A stretch of DNA of 64,000 nt from Torpedo marmorata. Its lineage: Eukaryota. The stretch covers positions 290,346,001 through 290,410,000 of the forward strand of contig OZ360220.1 of NCBI GenBank assembly GCA_977017645.1. Direction: 5' to 3'. Position 1 is the first letter of the stretch, and every line of letters starts with the position of its first letter. The translations under genes and the position numbers were made by a program. Below, piece by piece: positions 1-12,199 of this stretch. The notes under the pieces are model-generated. The model was not told the DNA's origin. It saw only the letters and a list, made by a program, of their open reading frames with translations, and ran no database searches.

Positions 1-170
1 GGACAGGTCAGTACTTGGAGGGGAGACCGCTAGGAACACCAGGTGCTGTAGGTTTCTGTGAGGGGCGCTGGACAAAGTAGTTACTGTCTGCCTTACGGTA
101 GACAAATATTAAAGAATTTCATGTATGTTACATTCTAAATGTAGTATTACATGACAATAATGGAACCTTA
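1..170 (+). mobile_element. 5S rRNA-derived SINE (SINE3-type), cut by the window start
   Basis: Positions 1-54 match the 3' half of 5S rRNA (GGTCAGTACTTGGA-GGGAGACCGC-TAGGAA-ACCAGGTGCTGTAGG). The non-5S tail that follows is near-identical to 18050-18170. Confidence 0.85.
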
Positions 171-402
171 ATGTAAAGGTTCTTGCTTCAACACAGCTCC
201 ATTGGTGTTGACTACGCAATTTGTTTCAGATTTGAGCCGTGGATTGAAAACAGACAGATTATTTAAACCTGAGGCACTCCAGTTTGCCAAGGGAAGTAAC
301 TAACTCGCGACTCTCTTAATCCAGATTGCTTATTTCACAAGGCAGTGTTTTAGTAACTGAACCATTTTGGAACTTGCAATTTTTGTATTGCAATGAGTCA
401 TA

Positions 403-1066
403 CAGTGAAACCCCGATTTTACACGCCCCGATTTAATGCGAATTCGGATATAACGCGATGAGTCATTGGACCTGCTGATCAGCCTGCGCTGTCTGCCCAG
501 CACCTGAAGTACACCGTCTGGCCCTCGGCCGCCGGCACCCGCTGCGGCGACCGCTCCCGGATCCGGGGCTTGTGGCAGGCCAGCGAGTGGTGGAGTACGG
601 CGCCGCAGAACTCCGGCAGCCCCACAGGTCAGCCGGAGACGCGTACACCAGCGGCCGCTGGTCGAAGCTGAGAGCTGGGCTGGTCTGCAGCAGCCAGCGC
701 AGGTGGCAGTCGCAGCACAGCGGGTTGTTGTCCAGGCACAGCATGGCCGGCGGCAGTGCGCTCTCTTCCAGTGTGGCCAGCGCGTGGCGAGCTCCCTCAG
801 ATTGTACAACTGCTGAAGGTTCTGCTCCTGCAGGGAGCTGATGCCCAGGTAACGCAGCCGGAATGTGGCCAGGTTGTGCAGGTAGGACAGGGATTCTGCC
901 GAAATGGAGGTGAGGCAGGTTGAACAAGTTGCCGAAATCGCCCGGTTCCACGCTGCGGATGATGTTCTCGCTGTATATGTAAGTAACCCTGATTTAGCGC
1001 GACCCCGCTTTTTTCGCGATGACATTTTATGGACCCAAACAATCGCGTTATAACGGGGTTTCACTG
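403..1066. mobile_element. Non-autonomous Tigger/pogo-like TIR element carrying captured gene fragments (Pack-TIR)
   Basis: TA at 401-402 and 1067-1068. TIRs are CAGTGAAACCCCG (403-415) and CGGGGTTTCACTG (1054-1066), with subterminal (T)AACGCG/CGCGTTA-type repeats and a GC-rich interior. Confidence 0.88.
487..973 (-). pseudogene. Fragmented LINGO-family (LINGO3-like) LRR/LRRCT/Ig coding sequence inside the TIR element
   Basis: Minus-strand pieces in changing frames: SENIIRSVEPGDFGNLFNL; LTSISAESLSYLHNLATFRLRYLGISSLQEQNLQQLYNLREL; LATLEESA...LDNNPLCCDCHLRWLL...ASPADLWG; CHKPRIRERSPQRVPAAEGQTVYFRCWAD. These match LINGO LRRs, LRRCT (GNPLACDCRLLWI) and the Ig-domain start in the correct order. 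Confidence 0.85.
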
Positions 1067-1186
1067 TATAGTTCTCATCAGAAAAAAATAGCTTCAATAC
1101 CAAGAGCAGAATGCAAGGTATGTTTGCATTCCTACACCATGATCTTGCATTATCAAATCCGTGGCACCTTTTGAATAATTGTAACT

Positions 1187-1800
1187 ATTACCATTTTTAC
1201 ACAGAGATAACGGGATTTTCCCGTCATCAATATGCATACTTACCCTCCAGAGTGGTCGTTCACACAGGATGGAGGTTCTGGGACGTGGGTCGACATCGAT
1301 TCCGACGTCCAGCTGCGTCCGACGCACCGCGTCATTCTGTAGTTGGTGCTGGACTGTTCCTTATTTAAAATTTAATAATCTGTGGTCTTTAAATATCCCA
1401 TTTAATTTTTATTTCAATATTGATCACAATTGAGTAATGCATACTACAGGTCTTCTGTTGTGACGCTTGGAAGCCTCCACTTAGCACCTTCTAGATTGCG
1501 TGCTGGAAGTCTAATGTCTCCTTGGCGTGCTGCAGATTTAAAAATCCTGCGTTGCATGTCGCGAGCTGAACGCGTCATCGCGCGTCGTCAGGTACGCCGT
1601 ATTCATTAACCCATTTTTACAGACCGCCTGCAGTTCAGTTCAGACTGCAGGCAGTCCGCAAATATGTCTAGGGCTGCTGCAGGAAAAATGTCGGGACGGA
1701 AATTAGTTTGTAATTTTCGTCACAACATTTTTACACAGCCAGCAGAACGGAAAATTTCCGAGAATTTTCCGTTATGCTGCGGCTGTGTAAAAGTGGTAAT
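1187..1800. mobile_element. MITE, probably PIF/Harbinger-like
   Basis: Ends are ATTACCATTTTTACACAG (1187-1204) and CTGTGTAAAAGTGGTAAT (1783-1800), a 17/18 inverted match. TTTTTACA(CA)G recurs internally near 1610 and 1727, and the interior is CpG-rich. Confidence 0.7.
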
Positions 1801-2442
1801 TGTTAATAAACAAAATAACTCCTGGTGGGATTTGACCTCTCTAAAAAACACATTAACTTGGTATTTATGTATATTTGATATGATTATGAATAGAGAACTG
1901 TCAAATAGGTTCTGTTATTCAGTTTCCAAATATCAAAATTACTAGTTACCACCCTAAAATGACAGCATCTAGTTCAAAACCAGTTCAGCATCCAAACATT
2001 CAGTGGTCAACTTTAGGAAACCCAGTCCTGGCATTTACCTCCACAAAAGGATTTTACAAACCTACACAAACAAACATGCCGAGGTTTATGTTTGCAGTCA
2101 AATGAATGGAAATAGTTTGATAACTGCAAAGGGTGTATACTACTCACAACAAAGGACACGGCAGATCAACTGCAAGTGTTTACAGTCAATCCAAATAGTT
2201 GATACACTCTTCCAAAGAATGTTCAAGCATAGCACATATGAGATGTACATCATAAAAATACACTGACTATTTTTCATAGACATATTGGCTGTCATTATCC
2301 AAAGGTTATTCTGTGAATTACATTGTAATAAGATCTGGTTCACAGCTCCAGAACTTAGTAAAAAATGTAGAAATGTACAGATGCAACAGATTAGAAGCAG
2401 AAACTGAAAACGTTCAATTGATGCATTGTCAGTTCTTTCACT

Positions 2443-2700
2443 GCACGGTTGGCGTAGCGGTTAGCGCAACGCCTTTACAGCGCCAGCGATCGGGACCGGA
2501 CCTGGGTTTGAATCCCGCGCTGTCTGTAAGGAGTTTGTACGTTCTCCCCGTGTCTGCGTGGGTTTTCTCTGGGGGCTCCGGTTTCCTCCCACACTTCAAA
2601 AACGTTAATGGGGTGTAAATTGGGCGGCACGGACTCGTAGGGCCGAATTGGCCTGTTACTGTGCTGTATGTCTAAATTTAAAAAAAAAAAATTAAAAATT
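2443..2700 (+). mobile_element. tRNA-derived V-SINE (HE1-like)
   Basis: A box TGGCGTAGCGG, B box GGTTTGAATCCC, V-domain-like GGAGTTTGTACGTTCTCCCCGTGTCTGCGTGGGTT...CTCCGGTTTCCTCCCAC, and an A-rich tail. Confidence 0.88.
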
Positions 2701-2989
2701 GTAAGCCAGCTTTTTCTTATTTTTGAAAGTACCTGTTTGGCATCTTTTCAAATCACATCAACTGTTGCCCTTTTAAACAATGCCATACTTCAATAGCTTA
2801 AAGGTGAACAGCAGGAGCTTAGTCATTAAGGCGATTCAGCAAAGGTTTGATAAAATAGACAAGCCACAGTATTTACTTTCTTAATTGTCAAATAATGGGA
2901 CAGTCTTAGCACAATAGTATAAAATGATAATCAGAAAGATGCACAAAAGATAGCTTATTCACTGCGATTTTCTTCTGAAGCAAGGTAGG

Positions 2990-5450
2990 AGATGACTTGC
3001 TTCCAATCCAGTTCTGTGATTCTGAGATGGCTGATTAAACGATATATCCATTAGATTCTGCTACGTGGGGCAGGTATTGCTTGACTGGAGAATCAGTTGG
3101 ATGGTTTCAGTGATTGTGCCCTTCTCCTGTCATTTGCAAAGAGCCTCGTCATGCTCAACTCAGAGACTCTTTCTAGATGCTCCTTCTCCAGGGATCCAAA
3201 GACCTGATGAGGATGTTACCCTTTGTCAAGGAGACAGGTGAACATTTCTTTGTCCTCTTAAAACCTCTGCCTTGATAGAGTTGAGGGTAAAGTGCTTGTT
3301 TCAGAGGTCTGGTGTTGGACATACAGACAAGATTGCTGCCCAAAGCTGGTTGTGTGTGATGGGAGCACCAACGATGGGAATATTGCCTTGGAGAAGATGC
3401 CAACATCTGTCCTGCCAATTAACTTGGATAATTTTGCAGGGATGGTTTTGCTGGCATTTCCCCAGCCTTTGAGATGCCCATGGTTGGTTGTCCAAATCTC
3501 CTAAACATATAGGGAGGGCAGGGATCACTGCTGCCCAGTATGAGCTTGGCACCGAATAGGAGGTCTTGGTCTTCAATTATTTTTATTGTCAATCTACCAA
3601 AGCTGTGCTGGCACACTGGAGGCACTGGCACATTCTGACATTAATGTCTATCTTCCCTTGTAAGCGAAAGAAAGAACTATGTTTTCCAGGTTTAGCCACC
3701 GATTTTGATTGTCAGGGATATTATAGCATGATAGGGAAGTTTGGAAAAAGATCAATGTGTTCTGAATGTTTAGGGTGAGGTTCATCTTTCGTAACTTCAG
3801 TAAAGTTGTTAATGATGACTTGGAGTGAAGCCACCAAGTTTGAGTCTATGCTGACCGAGAGTGAGGTAATCTTGATCTGGAGTGGAGGCACCACAGGTTG
3901 TTGAACTGTTTCCACTTGTTCTGTAGATTAACTCCACCCCATCGGGGAGCTGGTTGGCAGTGAGGTGCAATTTTGCAGCAATAAAGATTTTAAGTTGGCA
4001 TGATACAGCTTTGTTTAACCTCAGTCTCTATTGGGATTGAGTCTATATTGCAAAGGATCATGGCTAACACTATTATGGTAATGAACTCTGAGTATCCTCC
4101 AATCATAGTAATTAACTCTATCCCTCCTGACCGATGTTTCTTTCAGCTGTTGAATGTCCTATTTAACCTCTTGCCAGGCTGGGGAAATGCCAAGATGGTG
4201 GCAGATAGTTTGCTGATGTATAGTGTCAAGGCCACTCAGGTCAAAGGCTCAAGACTCAGTTGAAGTGCTCCTTCCAGCAGACACTGGCTACTTCTCTGCC
4301 TTGATAAACACTCCTCCAGCTTGTCTCTCACTGACGTAGGTCCTTGGTTGTTTGGGTTGAAGATAGTGCTGGGGGATCCATGCATGTTGTGGCAATTGGC
4401 TAGTTGCTGGATTCCCTGAGTTACTATCCCTGTTTGTTCTTTAGAGCCACATTATATGTTGGACCTCATCCTTCAGATGGCTCTTTATCCCCTTGAGACT
4501 TGATGATGGCTACAATGATTTTGATTAATTAGTTCCTAGATCTACTGCTTGTTCTCATCAAAGCAGTACTAGTGTTTTCTGGCCTTCAGAGCTCCAAATA
4601 ATGATGAGCACCAGAGCAGTTCAGGTACACTGGGCATTCTGTGACATCTGTTGGCTGGGAGTTACCAATTGCTTGTGAGGTCCTGACTGAGTAGAGCTGT
4701 TTTTTGGGAGGTCTTTGGATCTTCCAATGTTGTCATGCCATTTTGGGGCTGCGTTGTTGGGGGCAATAGGCCAGATAAAGTTGTAGTCAGCTATCAGTTG
4801 TCAGCATCTGCCTTGATGCAAGTTGTTGTCATCCTTGAAGTCTATTACTCGGACAATGACTGTAGCAGGTGCCAATGCTTAGCTCAAGGGAATTTCCAAT
4901 GAGGCCTTGTATTTTCTCTGAAGAAACTAGATATTCAGTATGTCAAACTGGTCCTCCAAGTATTGTCAGGAGTATGACAGCAATGGAGAGAGTTTTCCCT
5001 GCTCCTTCCTTGCCGATCGCACCTTTGCAGAATTCAAGCGCTTTCTAACTCTGCCAAGTGAATCCTTATGTCTCCTGCTGCAACACTGGCAGGAGACATA
5101 AGGTCAGAGTGCAATTCTCCTTGGCCTCATGCATTGCTTCCAGAGTTGGAGTGCGTGCACTAGTGACTGCAGTATGTTGCTTGAGTTTTAGAGTGAGCTG
5201 GAGGATCATGAGACGTTCACCTAATCAACAGTAGAAATAACTAAGGCAATAGACGAGCTCATTCTTCACGGTAAAACCCACAAAATTAAACTGCGGTTCC
5301 TTAGCTGGCTTTCCTTTCCAAAATATGCTCTCAGTGCCTTCCCCTTTGAGCTGGACATGTCCCACTGAGAGTAGTAGTATGCATGTCAGAGTTCCTGGGC
5401 TATGATAACAGGGCAATATTCAGATTTGATGCTGCTGGCATTGTCCACTA
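2990..5450 (-). mobile_element. Decayed RTE-clade LINE
   Basis: Minus-strand remnants include endonuclease-like FWKGK...VGFTVKN (about 5260-5330), WKEHF (about 4260-4280) and a 3' end resembling that at 60790-61050. There are many stops and frameshifts. Confidence 0.7.
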
Positions 5451-5644
5451 GGGATCATGCCTTTCCAGATCTCAATCTTTGTATTGAGTTGTGGAAAATA
5501 TCTGGGCATAATTTAAGAGGAGGGGGTGATTGGTGTCCACAATGTTTGGAGGCCTTGAAAGCTAAGTTTGTTACATGGAACAATACATATGCACACATGC
5601 AAAGATGCCCGATGGCACACTGATAGAGCAGATGTACAGTGTCA

Positions 5645-5717
5645 GTGAACACACACTTGAGCACACACAAATAAACACAAACACACAAACGAACACTAAC
5701 ACGAACACACAGACACA
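5645..5717. repeat. Degenerate (CA)n / ACAC-rich simple repeat
   Basis: ACACACACTTGAGCACACACAAATAAACACAAACACACAAACGAACAC... Confidence 0.6.
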
Positions 5718-8088
5718 GGCAGTCTCTCCCTCGTTGCTTGTGATTTGAGGAGGTCCAGGAAAATTGATGGATTTTTTTGTTACGACAAGTTGAAACTCAC
5801 TGGGTTATTTTTCTTACTTCCTTTAAACTCAGCAGTTGCAGTCTCCCACTCTCTTTAAACTTGCCGAGTTCACATTTTAAAAGTTAAATAAACGTGTATT
5901 TGGATATTAACAGAAGTAACATCGAATAATCCAAAAAATCTTCGAGTCCGGCACCACCCAAGTCCTGAAAACACTGGGTTATCAGAGTTTTATTGTACAC
6001 TGTTAAAATCAAGTTTAGGAGTAACAATGTTTCTCAATGAGAGTACATACGCATTTTCTACTTTCCAAATCATGTTTATGACTTTTCCAAATTGGAATGT
6101 AATATGTTACAACCAATTATGCATCATCTTCCACGTTTACCAGGAAATGGAATTGGACCCACTCTGCCCAACCTTATTCTCAGTAAAACCGCTGCAGCTA
6201 TCAGGGAAAACTAACCGTTCATGTCCAAGTTGGATTCCAGCGCAGAGACTGGACACAAGTTTATTCACACAGCTATCGAATCACAAGCGAGCACACCAGC
6301 TTCTTTTTAAAAACCTCAGTTCTTTCCAATGAAGTTTCAAATAATATTGTGAGTTAATTTTAGTTCAGCCAAGGTTCATTTCCATTTTTGTCAAATTAAT
6401 TTCATAAGATATAAAATCAAAGAGTGACACTCAATTGGACGCTGTACATATTGTACAGTTAATACACAATATGGATAATGACCATCCTATTTTCTTCCCT
6501 TTCTATCCTTTGTACAAGGTGTGGATGCATGCTGAGATAGGACTCACTCATTCAAATGACATAACGATACTTTCTGCTTTTTTTTGAGGAATGAAAGCTA
6601 TATTCCAACAGCACAGGCTCAGTCTAATTTGGGTATAGATTCACACCGAAGAATGCCTGAGAAGAGGGGATGACAGATTAGACCATTCACATCTCAGATG
6701 CCAAGGTAGTTAAGGGAAATTGTTTTTGACCACCTGCTGGCTGGGAAATAAGTGAAAAGTAACACTTACTCATTTACAGGGATTCCTCCCTGTGTATTCA
6801 GAAAATAAACAACTTGCTGAGAGATAGATTGGCTTCTAGTCACTAGACTAACAGCAGCAGGATCTGCGGTGCCAAGGATCAGCAGGCAACCACCAAGGAA
6901 AAAAAAACGAAATGAAAGCCAGACAACTGCTTTAGCCAGACAATACACAATGTGTCAAAGAAAACAAAACGGTCAGAAATTTCTCCTTCAATAGCTTGTG
7001 GACTAAAAATGTCGAAAGATATTGGGGTGAAAATTAATATTGTAGCAGTGTACGAGACAAACAGAACTTACTTTGATTGTTCTGCAAATGTTTTGGAGGA
7101 CAATATATTCACATGCAAAGTCACATGCTTTACATATTTGGATGTCTAAACATGTTTTATATTGGTCCAATATTGCTCCAAGCATCTGTACCGAAGGCAT
7201 TTCAAACAATTTTACTGTACGTGATTCCTCACCCACAGATATCGCCACCATTGTCTTTAAAATGTGCCACCCATCCACTGTTGGGTAACAGAGTCTAGTT
7301 TTGAGTGAGACTTCAAGTTATAACAGACAAAGAAATTGTTCTAAACAATTTTCCTTCACCAACTTCCTTGTCTGAGGACTAGGAATGTTATTTATGAACA
7401 TCTGTCATAATCAGCTTTAATAGCAAAGCCAAAGTACAATTCCAACACATCTCGAAGTTAAACTCCCCTCTCCTTTACTTAAACTCTGTTCTTGGCAAAA
7501 AAAATGAACACACTGCTCCTTGCTATAATTCTTTTTTTACATAAAATAGTGCAAGTGATCAGATTTTTCTTTGGTCAGCTTTATACTGCTAAATGTTTCC
7601 AATCTGCTTTAAATTGTAACCCTAAGAGGAAGAATTCCATCCTTTTGGTACAATGGCTACTGTGACTAGGTGGGGTAAATAGCGGATGAATCCCAGATGG
7701 ACAGTGAGTAGGAGAACACAGAAGTCTCGAAACACACACCACTGACAGGAAGAAACATTTCACAGGCAACAAAAAAAAAACCTAAATGATCAAAGAAAGG
7801 GAGTATGTCTTTAATTTTCCTTTAACTAAATCTCAACTGAACTGCACCCAAAAAGATCAAGGTGGGATTCCCTTTCCATTAAGGTGTTTCCATGCCGGCT
7901 CTTTAGGATGCCCTTCGCTCTTTTGTAATACGTTACAGATTGTTGCTGGTTTCCATTTAAAAGGCTGGTCACAGCCATCAATTAGAGGCTTGTTCATTGT
8001 TTACATTGGTAAATTTCGTTAATATTGGAAGCAAGTGAAAGGATTTTTGTCAGATGCATTTTCATAGTCAGAAAATTCAGATTTTGGT

Positions 8089-9270
8089 TGTTACGAACTA
8101 ACAAACCCTGTTAGTACTAACAAAGGAACAGCAATGGAATATGCACCAGACAATGTAAATTCAAATATAGTTTTTATTTAAACTATTAATAACATAACAT
8201 ATCTTACTTATCTCTAAACTTAACTCTAACTTAAACCCCACTATGCGCAAATGTAAATGTGTATGTGTTAAAGTCCAAACTATTTCAATTTAAATTTAAA
8301 TCTGAAAAAAGTCAATTTTTAAAGTCCAGTTTCCAACTTATTTTGTTGAACTTCAGGATCCCTTTAAATTGTGATTCAGAAGTTATTATAAAGCAAGAAT
8401 GGAGTATTTGATTTCTGTCAAACTCACTCACGTCTGTTGATGAGTGGTCTTTCAGAGATAGTCTTCATACGAGTGTGTTCATAAGTTTCCCCCTTTCTTG
8501 TTAGGGTTACGGAACTGTGATCTTCACGATGATTTCTTTCTTAATCAGGAGTAACATACGGTGATGTTCTCTTTTCTTAGAAACAATTTGAAAGTGGTCT
8601 TATTTTAAAAGCCACTTATATGGTGTATCTCCTATGATAAGGATAATATACAGAAACAGCACCTCCATTCATTCAGAGATCACTGCTCATAAAATGATTC
8701 TGCCTTTCCAGAATATCAAAGTTCTTCATACTTTAAATCTTTGTCTTTCCAAAGTGTCAGAGTTTCTTCAGTCTGGTGCAGTCTGTTTCTTTTTGTTTCA
8801 TAATGTCTCTCTGCTTTCATTATATATTTCTGACATCATGTGACATTACATCACCACAGTTTTAGTTTCATTTTTAAAGCATTAGCTCATGCCTTTCTTC
8901 AAAATCACTTACATCCACAAAAACATCTGACCTCATCTCTGTTCCAAGATTATAAGTGATTACGACTCCGAATAGTCTGGCACATGTCACTCAAATGGCA
9001 CTTGAGTTTGCAACAGCTGCTATCATAAGGCTTTTAAAAACCACACATTGTCCTTAAATCACTTAAATGCACTTCTGTTTCATTATTGGCTGTTGTCTTC
9101 TTAGACGCGGCGACTCCAAACTGAACTCTCTCTCTGAGTAATGGGTTTTTCCTGCAAATGTGCTGTGACCTGTGTGTGACCCTGTACCAGCCCACAACTA
9201 ACCTTACTAAGATATATAATTATATAACTTAACTTTAAATATTAATATTAACATTAACACATCCATTACA
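8089..9270. mobile_element. Solo LTR (gypsy/ERV-like), 1182 bp
   Basis: Begins TGTTA (8089) and ends TTACA (9270), flanked by a 4-bp direct repeat TGGT at 8085-8088 and 9271-9274. No ORF. Confidence 0.7.
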
Positions 9271-10751
9271 TGGTTGATTGGAACATTCTCAATGGCATCC
9301 TTTTAGTAAGATGACATGTAACATGCTGGACAAGGTTGGTTTGAGAATCTATTACATTTTAGAAGTGTATGTTTAAAATAAGGGTTGCCTTTACAGCACT
9401 TTACATCAGTGCTTAGCAGCTCAAAAGCACTGAAATGTTAACAAATAATGCTTTGTCAAACGATATGGTTCTTGGAAGCAAACAATGAGCTGGGAATCTA
9501 ATCTTTCCTTTCCGTTATGAATGCAGGTGGTCACTTCTCCAGCTTCTTGTGGGTCAAAATACTTAATCAATTCAAATTAAATTAATTGTTGGTTGACAGT
9601 GCCCCCAACCAGAAGAAAAGAGTCATTCTCATCTCAATGTAAACAAACTATCAGTTTGGCAGAATCCAACATGGCACCAGGCGCTGGGCTCACTTGCAAT
9701 TTTGTTTAATATGTTTAAAGAATTTAATCTGGGAAAGAACTACATGAAAATCATATTCATCAATCTCAGTGAAAACTGTCTTCGTAAACAGACTGTCTGA
9801 TACTGAGTTTTATGCTTATGGTTGAGGTTTGTTCCTTGATCTCATGGTTCTAGTTCCAGTGTAGAAACCCAAGGCATAATAAGGAAGGTATGTAAAAAAA
9901 AAATGCACACTCAATTCTGTTATTTTGCTTCTTGAGGCAAGCAGCGCACAGTCATTCCTTTAAGGTCAGCTGTTGTCTATTTCTCAACCTATTTTCATGC
10001 AAGCAAGTAGCATTATGTAATGGAAGGTAGATTTTAAATGTTTAGTTCTCTTCATGCCAATACCATTCTGAAATACTGCACATGAACCTTGCTCTGAAGC
10101 ATCTCTTTAGGCTTGACAGGTGTCAACAATTCTTTGAAATAGCAGACAGAGACATTTTCCACAAAAGGATCAGAGCATTCATTGCTAAATTCTCATTCTG
10201 CAATTTCAGTGCCTGATCCCAGTACAAGTGTAGCTACATTTACACTCATTCCTTGGATATGAATGGGTAATTTGTTATCACATCTGGTCAAGGTATTGAG
10301 CAGCAACATTCACAAATGAGCAAAACAGGTGAATCCCATTACAATTGTAGAAATTAAATTTAGAATGAACGCTCATACTCAGCTGGTTGGGAAGTCAATG
10401 CACTGTAGCCTAGAGTACAAGGCTCTAAGTAGTCAATGGTATTAATGTGCTATTTTCAACAGTGTGTAGAAAAGAGAACATTTACAACCATTGAGGGGCT
10501 GAGACCAGTGGGAAAGCCCTTCAAACAACTGAAGAGGGTGTAAACCCAGGGAACCACATTAGAGGCAATGGTGTCATGTAGTATGATGATGGGCTAACAC
10601 TGCAATGTATAGCAACAAAATGTATATGGCAATATGACACCAAGAATGTAAAAATACTTTGCACTGTTTCCCTTTGTATATACTGTTTATTGTGAATACA
10701 GTTTATTTGGGGGGGGAGGGGGGTAAAAATAGAACAAGTTCACAATAACCT

Positions 10752-10937
10752 GTAAAAACACACAATGCTGGAGAAACTCAGCAGGTCAAACAGTGTCCTT
10801 TATATAGCAAAGGTAAAAATACATAACCGAGGTATTTTTACCTTTGCTATATAAAAGACACTGCTTGACCTGCTGAGTTTCTCCAGCATTGTGTGTTTTT
10901 ACTTCAACCACGGTGTCTGCAGATTTTCGTGTTTTAC
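10752..10937. repeat. Penelope-terminus-derived fold-back (71-bp inverted arms)
   Basis: Arms 10752-10822 and 10832-10902 are reverse complements with 2 mismatches and a 9-nt spacer. The arm contains TGCTGGAGAAACTCAGCAGGTC, also found at the Penelope end at 34505. Confidence 0.85.
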
Positions 10938-12199
10938 TTCTTACCTGTGCTAGGTGGAATAATACATCCATTGTTATGTTTTTTTGTTGGTTGGGGTCCA
11001 AATACGGTAGGCTGCCTTTGGCAGAAATAAAGAACTGAAAAGATTCTGCAAACACAGCACATCAGCCATTATTGTTGAAACGAACACTAGAGCATTTACC
11101 AGTGGCGTAAACCGAGTCAGGATGTCCTCAGGCTAATGTGCTTAATCCTCATTTTGGTATTTCTTGCATACAAGCATATAAACTACTTTCACACTACAGC
11201 AGCTAATGGCTGTAACGTGCGAACTTAAATATGGCTCCATGATGATGGTTTGTGTTCAAAAAAGCACAATGATGTAAATTCCAGGTAACATTTTCTACCA
11301 CTTGCATATCACCAGCTTTATGTGCAATAAAATGCCAGGAAGAATCAGGACTCATTGATACAAACAGCTTATTGACGAGACTAAAAAAGGGGGAACTTTG
11401 ATATTACTAGAACAAGGTAAACTCTCACATTTCATGTTTTCAAGTGTAATTTGAACATTGCAAGCACCATCTACTTCACATTTTAACATAAAGGCACTTT
11501 TAAAGGTGCTTAGCTCTGCACCCAATTTTATTTGGGCATATGCCCATAATTCTTGCCATTGACATGTCAAGGTATACTGGCCTCTTGCCACCAAATGGAG
11601 CACTCAGTATTTCCTCATTGGAAGTCATGCTGTTGCAGCTGTAATTCACAAAGGAAATGGTTCTAAATGCTGGTCTTTGCCATCACCAACCAAAGGCAAT
11701 TGGCTAGGAGGGTAAAAAACATTAAATGGCTGTTTTTCTGCCAACACGCTATCACTGTGGTGTTTTCTTAAAAAAAATGTTGTGCTCATTAGAACTTGAT
11801 GACATGAGGAATTTATTTCTGCATGCTTTTCAGAACTATTCCCACCTGCTTGATTCACTGAATGACCCATCACCAACACGGCCTCCTGTTCATATTCTTA
11901 TTCTCGATCCCTCAAAGGTCTTGTTCCTCTGGTTGTCTAACAAGGAGTCTGTCTAGCTGTCCTTAATCCTGCTGCTGGGCACAATGACCATAGAGTGTTT
12001 GACTGAATGTGTACCTGAGAGGTGCAGCAATGCTCCACTGTCCTACATTTTATTGCTGAAAATCACCATGTTCCCATCATGGTCCCTTGCATTTTCTTCC
12101 TCCCTTCCAATTGTTTCCTCCATCATCTCTTGTGAGTGGAACCACCCAAGGGTAAACCAAAATTGAAATACCCTTCACAGCCCACGTAAATGAAAATCA

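Noticed and set aside
330-1103. 257-aa and 162-aa ORFs as a functional LRR gene
   Set aside because: LINGO similarity switches frames, most LRRs plus the signal peptide and TM region are missing, and the homology is confined between TIRs.
2443-2525. tRNA gene
   Set aside because: A and B boxes are present, but the sequence continues into a multi-copy SINE body and tail.
5720-5998. Additional Tigger-like remnant ending TTATCAGAGTTTTATTGTA
   Set aside because: Only one degenerate end is visible, and I could not find a matching TIR or TSD.
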